Assembly (NCBI RefSeq): GCF_030684315.1
Contig: NC_081364.1
Location: 44,602,152 to 44,666,151 of the forward strand
Origin: Stegostoma tigrinum
Taxonomy: Eukaryota
Reading direction: 5' to 3'
DNA length: 64,000 bases
Positions 38,120-51,130 of the stretch are shown piece by piece. Under the pieces are notes generated by a model that was not told where the DNA came from, made no database searches, and worked only from the letters and a program-made list of their open reading frames with translations. Every line of letters starts with the position of its first letter. Position 1 is the stretch's first letter. The translations under genes were made by a program, and so were the position numbers.

Positions 38120-40470
38120 TTTAAGAGTTGCAAGTTCGGCAAGCCAGCATTAAGCAGCGGCAAGTGAATTGGATATCTGCCAATCCTTCCATCCCTTCAA
38201 AATATAATGTGAATCGCACCAAAAGCCTTCCTAAGGTACCGAAGTGAGGCCCAATCACAAAAATTGATCAGGCTTCCTGAACGAGTAGAACAGAAATCAG
38301 AACCAATGTCTACTCATAGCCAACATGCCATAAATGAAAATTAGCACTGCCCCTTCTCACCATTGAGCAAGAACACAAAAGTATGGGGAACTGACTAGCT
38401 GAAAATTGTACCAAGTTCAATCTATTGTTTACAGTACTATATATCTTCCTGGTCACAAGGTGCAGGCTTCTTCTGAAGATATTAACCTGATTTTTTTTCT
38501 ATGTTGAACTAGTCATGAACTGGTTTTCATATTCCAGAAACCTTACGATCCTCTTTTAGATATTTCTTCTGAACAAGATTTTGCATTTGTTTGTGAAAAT
38601 AGCATTCAGTGCCGAATAGCTAACTCACTCTGTATCTTACTCTCAATTGGTACCATGGAAATTGAGAACGAAGGGCAGAGATAGGCTCTGACAGCTTTAA
38701 TTTTAAAATCAATATCTCGCTAGACAAGACAATCGAGAAGATAAAGATGAAGATAAGCTGACAAAAGAAAAGCGCTACGACATTTTCAGATAATTTATTT
38801 TAAAAATAGTGCCATATTTTTGAGTTCAATAACTTTGCCTCTGTGAAACCAGCAAAGCCAATGTCACAAACAGAAGGCTTCATACTTACATTTTCCTGTT
38901 TGGAGAAACTGATCTATTCCAAGCAAAGATATGAAAATAATAAGCCCCATCAGGCAGACCAAACTGTTAAACTATATAGCATATAGCAAATAAACGAGAA
39001 TGTATTGTTGTTCCATGAGAAATGATTACATCAATCAGCTACACAAAACTGCTGCTTGGCAAACACAAAAAATAGAAACCTCACACTATAAGATTTTCTT
39101 TCTTTCATTTAGTGGTACTATGAGGCGTTCCTTTGTAACACTAGCTTTCAGTGGTTTTGTTGCTACATAATGAAACACTGGGCATGTTCAAGAAAAATCA
39201 CCAGGTGAAAAGAGAAGCAGGAATCAAAAGCATGTTGATAATCAGCGTTATTGTCTAAGATGGGAAAGAATAAAGCATGCTTTTATAAAACACTATTCAC
39301 TACCTCAGCACGTCCAAAAACCCTCTGCATTCTTTTGAGAGTGTGACCACCGTTGTTTTGTTGGCACTGATAAGAACATTCATTATCAGAGTTTCCAATA
39401 ATGAAAAGAACCATCAGGGTAATCAAAGATTGACTATATTTTTGCATTAAGAGAACAATCCAATTGATTGACTGGAAAAATCATAATGACTACTAACAAC
39501 GTAAGTGATTGGTTATTGCTCAGATTTGCTGAGAAGGGGCAACATTAACTGCTTCCAGGGTTTTCAATTCAAGACAGAGGTGCTCAGAAATCAAAAGGCA
39601 GTAAGCATAGAAATTAGTGGGGATGTGTTTCAATAGGGAAACATATGTCTTTCTCATGGCTATTTGTTTCTTCCTTTCAAGTTTTCAGATCTTTATGGTT
39701 AAAGTATAATTTACTATCTACAAATATGAGGCACAATTAACATGTTCTGGAGCATAAGCCTGCACCAGTTTGCAAATCTGGTCCATAAGCTGTTCTTTGA
39801 GGTTTGGCTGAAACAAAAAGAAGCAGAATTTATCAGTATGAACATAGAAATATAAATTGTTTCCAATACTACCATTCAATCCTACTTTACAGAGGAAATT
39901 AATGAGGCTAATCTTCTGTGTAAGAAAGACGCACTATCACAGGCATTCTCAACCTTATTATTTCTGAAGTCCAACATCATGTTACAAAACTTTCATGGGT
40001 CCCCATAACACAATTAAAGTCTGTTTCTGTTTAAAAATTAATATGGAATAAAGCATATGTATTACTTGTGTTTAAATTATTGTGGAATTTGTTGTTTGCT
40101 GAACGATTCTGTTTTTGGAGGTACCTTCCATATGCATGCCATGCTCAATGTTTAATGTAGCTCAATGCTTTGTTTTTATTGATGACCTTGTTGAAGCTTC
40201 AGCTTTGCATAACAGACCAACCTTTCCAGTGCTGCAGAAGAATCAGTGCTGTATTCATTGGAAAATTCACACCAAAATATCCCCTGTGACATTTCTCCGA
40301 ACTTAGTACTGAGAAAACTATCTAATAAAAATATCAACGAGCTCATTTGAAAGGTCTTATCACATGGAAGGTGGCAATTTAACTTCAAAATTTCCACTAA
40401 AGGGGTTTGTAGCCCACCACACTGTATATAGTAGATTGTTCCATTGAGAGTTCAGTGTAGTAAATATTAC

Positions 40471-41222
40471 TGCGTAGGGGCCTTTTACCCTCAGTTTGGG
40501 GAAGACGAGTGGGCCTAATGATATACTGCATGGGACTTTACTGCTTCTAAATTCATGTTGGCAGGCAGGCAATGTGAAATTGGGTGCCATGCTATGGGCA
40601 CCATACCCAACATCTAACCGCTGCCCTTGCCATGCCACAATTTTACCAACAGCAGGGGAGGCATAGCGAGGCCACCCAAACGTGGATCAATTGAAGCCCT
40701 TAAGTGCTCAATTAATGGCTGCTTAAGAATCCCTTCTTGCCACAGCTGGGATTCAACCCATTGTAGGAGTGTTCTACAGGAACTGTACAATGCAGCAGTT
40801 TCCATTGCTTGGTCTAGTGTGAGGGAATTATCTCCTTTATGTTGCATCACACTCAACATACATCTCTCGCAAGGTCTTCCTTCCTCCAGATTACCCCTTC
40901 AATGTCACGTTATCAACAGCAACCCTGCCATAGTCTTTTTTCCAGCCAGACCACCCCTCATAACTTCACATTCAGCTTCATCGCCGATTACTGCTGCAGA
41001 GTGGATGTAATCCCAGCAGTGGCCATCATTCCCAGTGATGTTACCACATCTAGAGAGCTGCCAATTGTTTGATTGGACTGCCTTCCCACAATCAGGCAGT
41101 AGAGCTGCCTCAAGCCAAATAATGGCTACAATGTCCATAAGTGACTCTGAAGTGAGCCAACAAAATGGGGACAGTCTTGTCCCACGGTAAAGATCATGTA
41201 TCCACCATAAAATCCCAGGCAC
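40471..41222. repeat. Possible non-autonomous DNA-transposon-like repeat
   Basis: Imperfect terminal inverted match (tgcgtaggggccttttac / ataaaatcccaggca) and an internal dyad cttaagtg..caattaat..cttaag; no coding signal. Confidence 0.35.
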
Positions 41223-41274
41223 TATGACTAGAGCCTATTAAATGGTTCATTTTTTTAACATTGTTCTCCTCAAG

Positions 41275-41965
41275 GTGTAAAGTGATTTAGGGAGATCTAG
41301 TCAATAGAAGCCCTTGTGTAGTATAAAATGTGCAGGGGAGAACTTAAGAAAGCAATTAGAAGAACAAAGAGAAAACATGGAGCAACATGGTAAACAAGAA
41401 TAGGGAATCAATTCTGGTCACTGCACTTAAAAAGGATGTGATTGTACTGGAAGAGGTGCAGAGGAGACTCACCAGAATGTTGTATGAGGTGGAATACTCT
41501 AGCTATAGACAGTAGCCAAATAAAATTGTTTGTTTTATTTGGAGCAGAGAATGTTAAGGGGAAAATTGGTAGAAGTGTAGATGATTCTGGGGACCTTGAA
41601 CAGGGTGTACATGAACCAGTTAAAGGGTCAATAACAGAGGGGACACACTTTCTGGAGTTGAGGAAAATGATCTTTTTCGCAAGAGGGTGTTAGGGCTCTA
41701 GAATACACTGCCTGGGAGGGTATTTGAGGTGGGTGGCCTCAAAACCTTAAAAAGTACTTGGATGAGCACTTGAAGTGTCATAACATTCAAGGCTATGGGC
41801 CAGGTGCTTCAGAAGGGTCCTGACCCAAAACATTAACTTTCCTACCCCTCTGATGTTGCTTGGCCTGCTGTGTTCCTCTAGCTCCACACTGTGTTATTTC
41901 TAATGTGAATCTAGCATGGTTTTGGTGGGCTGAAAGGCCCATTCTGTACTGTATGTTCCTGTTAT
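41275..41965 (+). mobile_element. Decayed CR1 fragments with a nested Penelope pLTR piece (41808-41900)
   Basis: caattctggtcactgcac...ctggaagaggtgcagaggaga (QFWS...LEEVQRR); insert ttcagaagggtcctgacccaaaac...cttggcctgctgtgttcctctagctccacact; tail gggctgaaaggcccattctgtactgtatg. Confidence 0.7.
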
Positions 41966-42423
41966 TCATGTGTAAGATTTCACCAAGATATCTACATTTT
42001 TTAAAAAACGAAAAAAATAGTTTAACAGTAGTTATGAAATACCTGATTAGACTGGCTACTTTAATTTAATGTCACAACATTAGATCTAGTCATGATTAAT
42101 GTGCAGAATCAACATGCCAATCCACAGATGCGGACTGCATTGTTAGACCCACACGTGACAGTGGTGGGTGGCAAATCAGACTCATTTGTCACCCATCTAA
42201 GGCTAGTGGAGGATGAGAATAGTGTTCGTGAGAACAACAAGATAAATGAACTGCCACCAGGTGTGACATTCAGGTCCACTTTATCATTAATTTCATACAA
42301 ATTTGTCCAACCTTAGACCTTGCAGAGTTTAGGCCTAATCTGTAAACAAGTTACCAAACCCAACCCAAAGAAAGCTGCTTGCTGATTTCGGTTAGTGAAA
42401 ATGATGAAATTTTCTCAGCCGAC

Positions 42424-42530
42424 CATTGCAGATGCTGGAAATCTGAAATAAAGACCAAAAATGTCGTGAATGCTCAGCTGGTCTTGCAATATCCGTGCGG
42501 AAAAGCAGCATCAATGTTTCAGCTGACAGT
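42424..42530 (-). mobile_element. Old Penelope pLTR end fragment
   Basis: tgcagatgctggaaatctgaaataaa...gctcagctggtcttgcaatatc...aatgtttc. Confidence 0.5.
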
Positions 42531-42804
42531 TTTCTGTAATTATTGCATTCAAGCAAATCTCCATATCAAACAAGTCTTTAAGGAGCTTCTAATGCAGGAA
42601 TTTGACTGAGTGTTACTGCTATTTCTGTATCCCACTCTCAAATGATCACCTGTCCTTTCTCTCTGCTTGCCTCCAAGACTCTGGTTCACCCATAGATTAG
42701 ACATGCTACACTCCCATCAAGAATATGTCAGCCTTCTCAATTTTTTCACTGATGCTGTCCTGTGGAATCTCAAACTTCCATTATTGGTTTCAAATGATAA
42801 TTAC

Positions 42805-43551
42805 TCCCACAATGTCAGCAAAACAAAGGAGCTGATCACCGACTTCAGGAAGCAAGGAGGGGGGGCATGCTTCTATCTACATCAATGGAGCTGAGATGAA
42901 GATGGTCGACAGCATCATGTTCCTGGGAATGATGATCACAAACAATCTGTCCTGATCTACCCACATTGATACAATGGTCAAGAAGGCTGAACAATGCCTC
43001 CTCTTCCTCAGGAAGCTAAGGAAATTCAGCATGTCCATAAGGACTTTCACCAACTTTTATAGATACATCCAGGTAGAATGCTTCCTGTGGTGTATCATGG
43101 CTTGGTAGGGCAACTGCTCTTCCCAGGACTATAAGACACTGCAGAGAGTTGTGAACATAGCCCAGACCATCATACAAGCCAATCTCCCATCTATTGACTC
43201 CATCTATACTTCTCGCTGCCTCGCAATGGCATCATCAAAGACCCCTCCCACCTGATTATAATCTCTCCCAACCTTTTTCATCAGGCAGAAGATATAAAAG
43301 CTTAAGCACATATACAAACAGGTTCAAGAACAGCTTTTTCCCAGTTGTTTTTAGACTTCTGAATGGTCCTATCAAATTTCAAATCTAATGTTGATCTTGC
43401 TTTTTGTGCACCTTCTTTGCAGCCATAATTTTGTATTCCTCACTCTACTCAGTCATGAGCTGGTATGATCTGCCTGTACTGCACACAAAACAAAACTTTT
43501 CTTGGTACTTAGGTGCATGTGACAATAATAAAGCAAACAAATCAAATCAAA
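42805..43551 (+). mobile_element. Rex1/Babar-type LINE 3' portion
   Basis: NVSKTKELITDFRK...IYINGAEMKMVDSIMFLGMMITNNLS.STHIDTMVKKAEQCLLFLRKLRKF...SGRRYKSLSTYTNRFKNSFFP; tail aataataaa...(aaatc)n. Confidence 0.85.
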
Positions 43552-43788
43552 GCATTGTAAGTGAATGTGCTCTGAACTGTAATTGCTCAAACCCACCTAC
43601 ACCAGATAGTATATAACTCAGTGCTTGATTATGGTGAACTCCTTGAAACATTCTTTTGGATCCAAAGGAGGATCCAGTTGAAAGTCCCTGCGCTATCAGA
43701 AATAGCTTGAGGAGCTATTGAGATGTGAAAATGTAAGACTCAGAAGTAAAAGTAGCAGAGGCAACAAAATAATAGATCGAGAAAGTCC

Positions 43789-44000
43789 CTTAATCCAAAG
43801 AAGTGCAGGTTCGGTGGATTGGCCATGTTAATTTGCCCGCAGCGTCCAGCAATGTGTAAGTTAGGTGGATTAACCATGGGAAATGCAGGGTTACAGGGTA
43901 GGGAAATGAGTCTGGTTGGAATGCTCTTCGGAGGGGTGGTGTGGGTTTGTCAGACTGACTGGCCTGTTTCCACACTGCAGTGATTCTATGATTCTATGAA
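43789..44000 (+). mobile_element. V-SINE 3' half
   Basis: tccaaagaagtgcaggttcggtggattggccatg...ggcctgtttccacactgcagtgattctatgattctatg. Confidence 0.8.
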
Positions 44001-44389
44001 AGTAAAGCTGAAACAGTACTCTTACATGTGCCAAAACAATAAAAAATGAGGCTCCAGTTGTAGGGTTAATCAAAGGACAAGCTTAGTCTGCAAACCATGA
44101 AGGGTTTCTTTGGGCAGGGGGCGATGAGCAGCTGGAAGAAACTTCCAACAACAACCTGAAGCAGGACTCTCCAGTGACTTTCCAGACCTAATAGTTAAAG
44201 CCACAACAAAAGACTAAACCATGATGAAAAAATTTGGTACATGGTTCATGAGCCTTCTTGATCATTAAGCATGATCTGTCCTTAAACTCATTTTGAGCAT
44301 TCTCTAGATCTTCACTTAAATATTTCAACCAGCTAACTCAGATTTTACACCATCTGTTCAATCTGTGCCCTCTGAACTGTTTAAAGTAG

Positions 44390-45215
44390 ATTAGAATCGC
44401 AGAAGGCCAATCAGTCCCTTGAATCAGTTCTACCATTCAATGAAATCATGCCTGGTCTGTATTCTAATTCCATTTTCCTACCTCAGCTCCATATAGATTA
44501 ATCCCTTCGCTAACAAGGGACTTTTGATATCAGAATTGGAGTTGTATTTTTCTTTGTGTAGGAAACAGTTCCAAACTTCTGTCACCCTTGTATGAAGGCG
44601 TGTTTTCTAACTTCTTGCCTGAATGATATCTTTCTGCTTTTTCCATTATATCTCCTTACCCACTGCAGCAAAAAAAGTGTTTCTCCCTCCTGACCCTAAC
44701 AATTCCTTTTAAAATACTAAATAACTTAAGCAATTCACCCCTAAACCTTGTATATTCCAGGGAGCGCGACATGCATCTAAATAAACTCTCTGCATAATTT
44801 AGCTTTTGAAGAACTGGTAAATTTCTGCTGAATCTGCATTCTACTGCTTCCAAGGCTACATTATCTTTTTCAAAAGGTGCATTGCCCAGGGCATTACACT
44901 GTGCTCCAGGGCTATGGTCTAAAGAGAGCTTTGTATAGCTCCAGCAAAACGTCCTACCCTTTATATTTTCACCCTTTATATGTAAAATTGTCATTGCGTT
45001 CAATTCTTTGATTATTGTCTTTATACATGGTGGCTACATTTTCATGACCTGGACTTCTAAGTCTCTTTAGACCCCATAGTTCCTTGCATTTCAGCATTTA
45101 CACTAGTCAGGATCACTCTTTAATAACCCTATTTGAATAACATTGTGCTTATCTGCATTGCAATTCATCTGCCTGGTTTCATCCACTCAGTTACTATGTC
45201 AATGTCTCTTTGTAA
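44390..45215 (-). mobile_element. Decayed CR1 3' region
   Basis: ORF remnant YTKLSLDH...ALEAVECRFSRNLPVLQKLNYAESL...SLEYTRFRGELLKLFSILKG. Confidence 0.7.
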
Positions 45216-45546
45216 ATCCTTGCCTGCCCCCTCCCAACAACCCCACGCCCCCTCCCCAAATCTCTCAACTTCCTTTGGTGGTGTAATAATCAAATATTGT
45301 CCAAAACCACGTACAAGGAAATCAGAAGCCAAATTTTAGAAACTGAGAAATGAGAGCTGCAAGTGGACTGGACATCACAACTTGAAGGAAAATCAGTGTC
45401 CAATTAGTGAGAGGTATTCAAAAGAAAGATGCTATGGGCACATTGTAGATAAGCCCCCACAAAGAAAAAGGGTGATTATGTAAAATATAGATCCTTCCAG
45501 TTATCCAGAATCATGGAGAGCAAGATAAAACAGTGAAAGGAAGCTA

Positions 45547-46151
45547 AGATAACAAAATGTGAGGCTGGATGAACACAGCAGGCCAAGCAGCATCTCAGGA
45601 GCACAAAAGCTGACGTTTCGGGCCTAGACCCTTCATCAGAGAGGGGGATGGGGAAAGGGTTCTGAAATAAATATTCCACTTGGAACCTTGCACCCAATGG
45701 CATCAATGTGGACTTCACAAGCTTCAAAATCTTCCCCTCCCCCACTGCATCACAAAAACCAGCCCAGCTTGTCCCCGCCTTCCTAACCTGTTCTTCCCCT
45801 CACCTATCCCCTCCTCCCACCTCAAGCCGCACCTCCATTTCCCACCTACTAACCTCATCCCGCCTCCTTAACCTGTCCGTCCTCCCCATACTGAACTACC
45901 CCCTCCCTACCTCCCCACCTATACTCTCCTCTCCACCTATCTTTTCCTCTATCTATCTTCGGTCCACCTCCCCCTCTCTCCCTATTTATTCCAGTTCCCT
46001 CTCCCCATCCCCCTCTCTGATGAAGGGTCTAGGCCCGAAACGTCAGCTTTTGTGCTCCTGAGATGCTGCTTGGCCTGCTGTGTTCATCCAGCTCCACACT
46101 TTGTTATCTCAGATTCTCCAGCATCTGCAGTTCCCATTATTTCTGATCACA
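45547..46151. mobile_element. Penelope-like fold-back insertion (short minus arm to about 45673, tailed plus arm)
   Basis: About 125-bp inverted arms; intact hammerhead-like motifs on both strands (45612-45639 minus, 46017-46044 plus); TSD aaaggaagcta (45536-45546 / 46152-46162). Confidence 0.92.
46017..46044 (+). ncRNA. Hammerhead-like motif, intact copy
   Basis: CTGATGA A GGGT CTAG GCCC GAAA CGTC read directly on the plus strand. Confidence 0.6.
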
Positions 46152-46339
46152 AAAGGAAGCTATGATATTCGCAAAAAAAACTGTAGAAAATCTAGAGACG
46201 TATCGGAAGTACAGGGTAAAGAAAGGAAATTAGGAAAGCAAGGAAAGGTTCTGAAAAAATATTATCAGCTATAATCAAAGAAAACCAAAATATTGAGCTA
46301 AAGAGGAGGAGTGTGAAATATTAGGAAGAATAAGCAAAA

Positions 46340-47282
46340 GGCAAGTGTACGCACTGAAGGAGCTGACAATCTTGAAGGTGGCTAAATCAGATTGATTGTG
46401 CCCCAGGCTGAGAGAGGAAGCCACGGAGAAAGTAACAGATGCTTGGAGAATAATTTTCCAATCCTCGGTCTAGACAATGGTGAGCTAGTAGAGGAGTAGA
46501 GGTTTGAAACCATTGCACCATTGTTTAAAATGGTAGGAATAGGCCAAATAATTTTAGGGCAGACATCCTGACTTAAACAAATTATCAGAATCAATTCTGA
46601 GAGACATAGTAAACTCACATTTAGAAAAGCAGAGATTTTTCAGAGATAGTCTACATGTTTTTATTAAAGCAAGGTCATGTCTTGCTAAATTCATCTGTTT
46701 GTTTTGATGATGTAACAAAGAGGATTGATGAACACAGTGGAGTTGATGTTCTCTGCGTGGATTTTGGTTAGGCATCTGACTATGTACACAAGACAAACTT
46801 GTTACAAAAGTAGAAGCCCGTGGGATACAGACAGGGCAATGTGATGAGTTGAATTCAGAATTGGCTCAGCCACAGAAAACAAAGCGTAATGATTGATGCG
46901 AGTTTTTGAGAATAGAAAGCAGTTTCCAGTGGTGCTCCACGCAGCTCAGCATTGGGTCCCTTGCTGTTTGATGTATATATATGTAATTTGGACTGAAATG
47001 TGAGAGACATGAATGAGAAATTTGCACAAGAACTGACTGTGATTAGACAGCAAAGGGGATGGCTATCAATACCAAATGATATCAATAGTCTAGTTGAGTG
47101 ATGGAAAAGTGACAAATGTAATTCAGTCTGGAGCAGTGTGATATAAAGCATTCAGAGAGAGGAAACAAGCCCAGATAATATTTAATAAATGGGAGGATTT
47201 TGAGAGGGGTTGAGTAAATGAGAGACCTTGAAGTGCATATCCTCAGGTCCTTGAGTGTGGCAAAACAGGTAGATAGGATGCG
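46340..47282 (+). mobile_element. Decayed CR1 RT region
   Basis: caccattgtttaaaa, aaggtcatgtcttgctaaat (RSCL.N), agtggtgctccacgcagctcagcattgggtccc (SG.P..S.LGP), aaatttgcacaaga. Confidence 0.7.
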
Positions 47283-47780
47283 AGAGATAATGGGAACTGC
47301 AGATGCTGGTGAATCCGAGATAACAAAGTGTGAAGCTGGATGAACACAGCAGGCCAAGCAGCATCTCAGGAGCACAAAAGCTGACGTTTCGGGCCTAGAC
47401 CCTTCATCAGAGAGGGGGAGGGGGAGGGGGCTCTGAAATAAATAGGGAGAGGGGGGGAGGTGGATCGAAGATGGGTCGAGGAGAAGATAGGTGGAGAGGC
47501 GACAGACAAGTTAAAGGGGCGGGGTTGGCGTGTGTGGAGGTGAGTGTAGGTGGGGTGGTAGAGAGGGGATAGGTCAGTCCGGGGAGGATGGACAGGTCAA
47601 GTGGGCGGGATGAGGTTAGTAGGTAGGAGTGGAGATGCGGCTTGAGGCGGGAGGAGGGGATAGGTGAGAGGAAGAGCAGGCTAGGGAGGCTGGGAAGAGC
47701 TGGACTGGTTTTGGGATGCAATGGGGAGAGAGGGGATTTTGAAGCTTGTGAAATCCACATTGATACCATTGGGCTGCAGG
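47283..47780 (-). mobile_element. Penelope-like 3' fragment (single tailed arm)
   Basis: Tail gataatgggaactgcagatgc, intact hammerhead-like motif at 47383-47410, and the end of the GIY-YIG ORF (LQPNGINVDFTSFKI). Confidence 0.9.
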
Positions 47781-48229
47781 CTTGCTGTCTACTTCTTGTT
47801 CTTAACAAATCCTTTATGTGTGCAAAAATGTTAACCCATGTACCCCCGTGTACTGTTTTCTCACTTGGTGACTTTGATGTGGCAACTTATCAATTGCATT
47901 TTGGAAAAATTGCAGCCCACCATTTCTACATATTTCTGTCTATCCACTTTGCTTGTTATTACCTCAGAAATAAGTACTCAAATTGGTAGTTAAACAATTT
48001 TTCTTTCACATTGCCATTTTTGTTTTAGTATTTGTTCATCTATTTAGATAAATTCAGGTCAGATTTAAGATATTTATTCAAACAGTAATTGTTCACACTG
48101 TATACATGGGGATCTCACAAAAAGAAATCTGTACTCTGGAGTTAGTTTGGTTACAACTCTCCAGCAGAAGACAATATCACATGACTACTGAAGTCACAGG
48201 TACATCACAGAATAACAGCAAATTGCATC

Positions 48230-49545
48230 CGAGAGATTTTGTTTAAACACATATGTAGAAAACCCGACAAAGGAGGGGGCAGTCCTGGACTTAACATTTG
48301 GAAATAAGCTCTGGCAGTTGGAAGACATACAAGCATTTTGGAGATGGGGACAATAACTCAAGTTGGATTTAGGGTAGTTATTGGAAAAAGATAAGGAAAG
48401 GCTAATTTCAATAAATATATAATTTGGACCAAGTTGACTGAAAGCCAATCCTTGCTGCATTCAAGGAGGAAGTAGAGAAATTGTAAGACACATATGTTCC
48501 TGTAAAGACAATGGGTCGGACCAAGGTCAAAGAACCCTGGATATGCAAGAAACTAAGGTTGAGATTAGGAAATAAAAGACAACCTTAGGACAGACATTGA
48601 GGGCTCAATGTGGCGGTATCCCTAAAGGATAAACAGTGCCAGAGGGATCTCATCAATTAAATTAGAAAAATAAAGAGAGTGCATGAAAATCTTGAGTGGA
48701 TAGAATAATGGAAATCCCAAAGATCTTCTTTAAATATATAAAGAGCAAGTGAATAACTTGTGAAGGAGTAAGGCCTAATAGGGACCATAGGGTTATTCTG
48801 AGTGTGGACCAGAAGACATTGGAACAATTGTGACTGGAAAAGAGTAATTCAGGTGTAAACATCAGGGTGAAGGACCATAAAATATTACAAGAAATCAAGA
48901 AAGAGAGAGTCAGAGAGAGAGTGTAGGTGCTGGCAGGTTTGGAAGTCTTAAAATTGGAGATATCTGCACGCCTCCATGAGATTTTTCCCAAGCTATTGAG
49001 GAAGGCAAGGATGAAGATATAAAGGGCCATGGTAGTAATTTTCAAATCCTCTCTCACTTTCGGTGAGGTGCCAGAGAACTAGAGGATAGCTAACGTGATC
49101 GCATTGTTTTCAAAAAATTAATTAATAGATCAGGAAATGATAGACTAATCAGTCTAACCTCAGTGGTGGGGAATGCAATTAGAAAGAATTCTAAGGTACA
49201 GAATAAAACTGCATTTGGAGAGATATGGATTAATCTGGGTTAATCAGTACAGATTTATTAAGGGAAGATCATGTTGAACAAAATTGATTTTTTTTGTGCT
49301 GGTGATGAGGAGTTTTAATGAAGGCAAATGCACTTGATGCTGCCTGCATAGACTTTAACAAGGTTTTTGGTAAAGTTCTTCAAGGCACTAGTAAAGATTC
49401 CATGGGATCTAAGGCAAAACAGCATGTTGGATCAAAAATTAGCCAAAAGGCAGAAAGCAGAAAGGTCTTAGCAGAGCCATATTTCTGTGAAAAGAAGACT
49501 GTTTCCAGTAGGGTTCCACAGGGCTCATTGCTGGGATCCTTTACT
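48230..49545 (+). mobile_element. Decayed CR1 ORF2 region
   Basis: PTKEGAVLDL, aggatagctaacgtg (RIANV), agtctaacctcagtggtggg (SLTSVVG), [19 protein letters not shown]. Confidence 0.75.
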
Positions 49546-50049
49546 CTTTGCAAAATGAAAGTATTTAGGGTTCAAATGCTTGTCAAATGTGATTTTCACC
49601 ATGCGATTGGTGCCTGAAAAATTGAACTTTGGCACTCATGGACAGTGAGGCTAACAGCAATAATGTAAGAAAAGGCCAATGTTTGCCAGTGTGGGTCTAG
49701 GGTGGGAAGAGTTCAGCAGGCAGTCTCTTTTTGATATGATGTGTAGGTTATGTAGCTGCTGCCTCACCTTCACCAATTTAGTGCACGCACAAAGGCTAAA
49801 GGTGAATGATGGAGTCATGGCCTTCGTTGACAGGATGCAGTATGTAGCACTGTCTGGAGGAGTGTGTACAGACATTTTCTGCAGGATAGATCAACAATGA
49901 CTCTTCTAACACATAAGAACCTCTTTCACTTCGTGTATTCCCAATTTTTCTCACTTCTGACAAGAACCACACACCCAGGTGCTGGTGAGATGCTGTCTGC
50001 TGTAGCTGCCTTTCAATGAAGGTGACAGTGGATGCAGGAGGGCCAGAGC

Positions 50050-51130
50050 TGATAGCAAGCCCACGAGCAGCAACAGGCTTCCATGGAGGAGGAGAAGTAC
50101 CTAGTTCTGACACAGTTTCCCACAGGATGTATGGGGTCTACCCGAGGCCCAGAGATTTTGCCTCAGCTCCATTTTCTGACTGAAGGAGATGTAATGTTGG
50201 TAGACTCTCCATACGTCCAGGGACACTGTGACAGGGCTGTGCCAGATATCAGAGTGGGACCAGAGGGCAGTAGGAGTGAGAGACCATTCCCTCCTAGTGA
50301 CTGTGAAAGTGAGAGCTTCTTTGAACTTCTCTGTAACTGGCTTTTTTCAGGGAACAACAGGAGACCTGTGTGGGATCTCATATACCCGCATATACGTCAG
50401 GTTAGAGACCGACGCCATCTGTGAAAGAGCATACTGGTTCATGTTGCTCCCCAATAACGAGGCCAGTGTAGCAGCCAAACAGTAGAATTTGAAATTCTAC
50501 AGTAGAACTTGGCTTCCCCCAGATACAGGGAGCCATGACTGCACACATATGGCACTGAACGGACTGTATCACAACACAGTGGAATTCAGAACAGGAAGGA
50601 GTTCCATTTCATTAATGATCAGGTGATCTGTGATTACTGTCACCACTGCATGGAGATGTGTGCCCGCTATCCTGGCAGCTGCCATAACTCCTACATCCTA
50701 GAGTGCTCTCCTGTACCTGTTGTGTTTGAGGTCCAGGTGCCTGTCAAGGCTAGATACTGGGGGCCAAGGGATACCCACTGAGACCCACTGGTCAGCTCCC
50801 TGACTGATACAGAACCCAGGTTAAATGCTGCACGTGCTTCGAACAGTGTCTGGTGGAACAGACAATAGAGTTGCTCAAGATATGGTTCCACTGCTTGAAC
50901 TGGTCGTGGGGAAGGCTTCTGGTATCATCCTCACTGGGTGTGCTGCATCATCCCAGCCTGTTATACGCTGTACAACTGAAGCAGACAATGAAGCAATATT
51001 CTGGGTGCTGAGGAACTGGGGTAGCAGGAACTATCTTCTGAGAAGGAAGTTGAGGACATTGGGGTGGAGGAAGCTGTCATTATCCATGACAGAACTCAGC
51101 TACAAGCCAGACAGGACCTAATTAACACTA
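50050..51130 (+). pseudogene. PIF/Harbinger DDE transposase relic (HARBI1-like family)
   Basis: HSLLVTVKVRASLNFSVTGFFQGTTGDLCGIS; GFPQIQGA/DCTHMAL (from about 50511); NRKEFHFINDQVICD...CARYPGSCHNSYIL; G*ILGAKGYPL; LVEQTIELLKIWFHCLNWS. These are the Harbinger motifs in order, with frameshifts and stops. Confidence 0.88.

Noticed and set aside
2450-51130. A single giant Harbinger element spanning the Myb relic and the transposase relic
   Set aside because: They are 47 kb apart with no linking TIRs seen; independent fossils are the simpler explanation.
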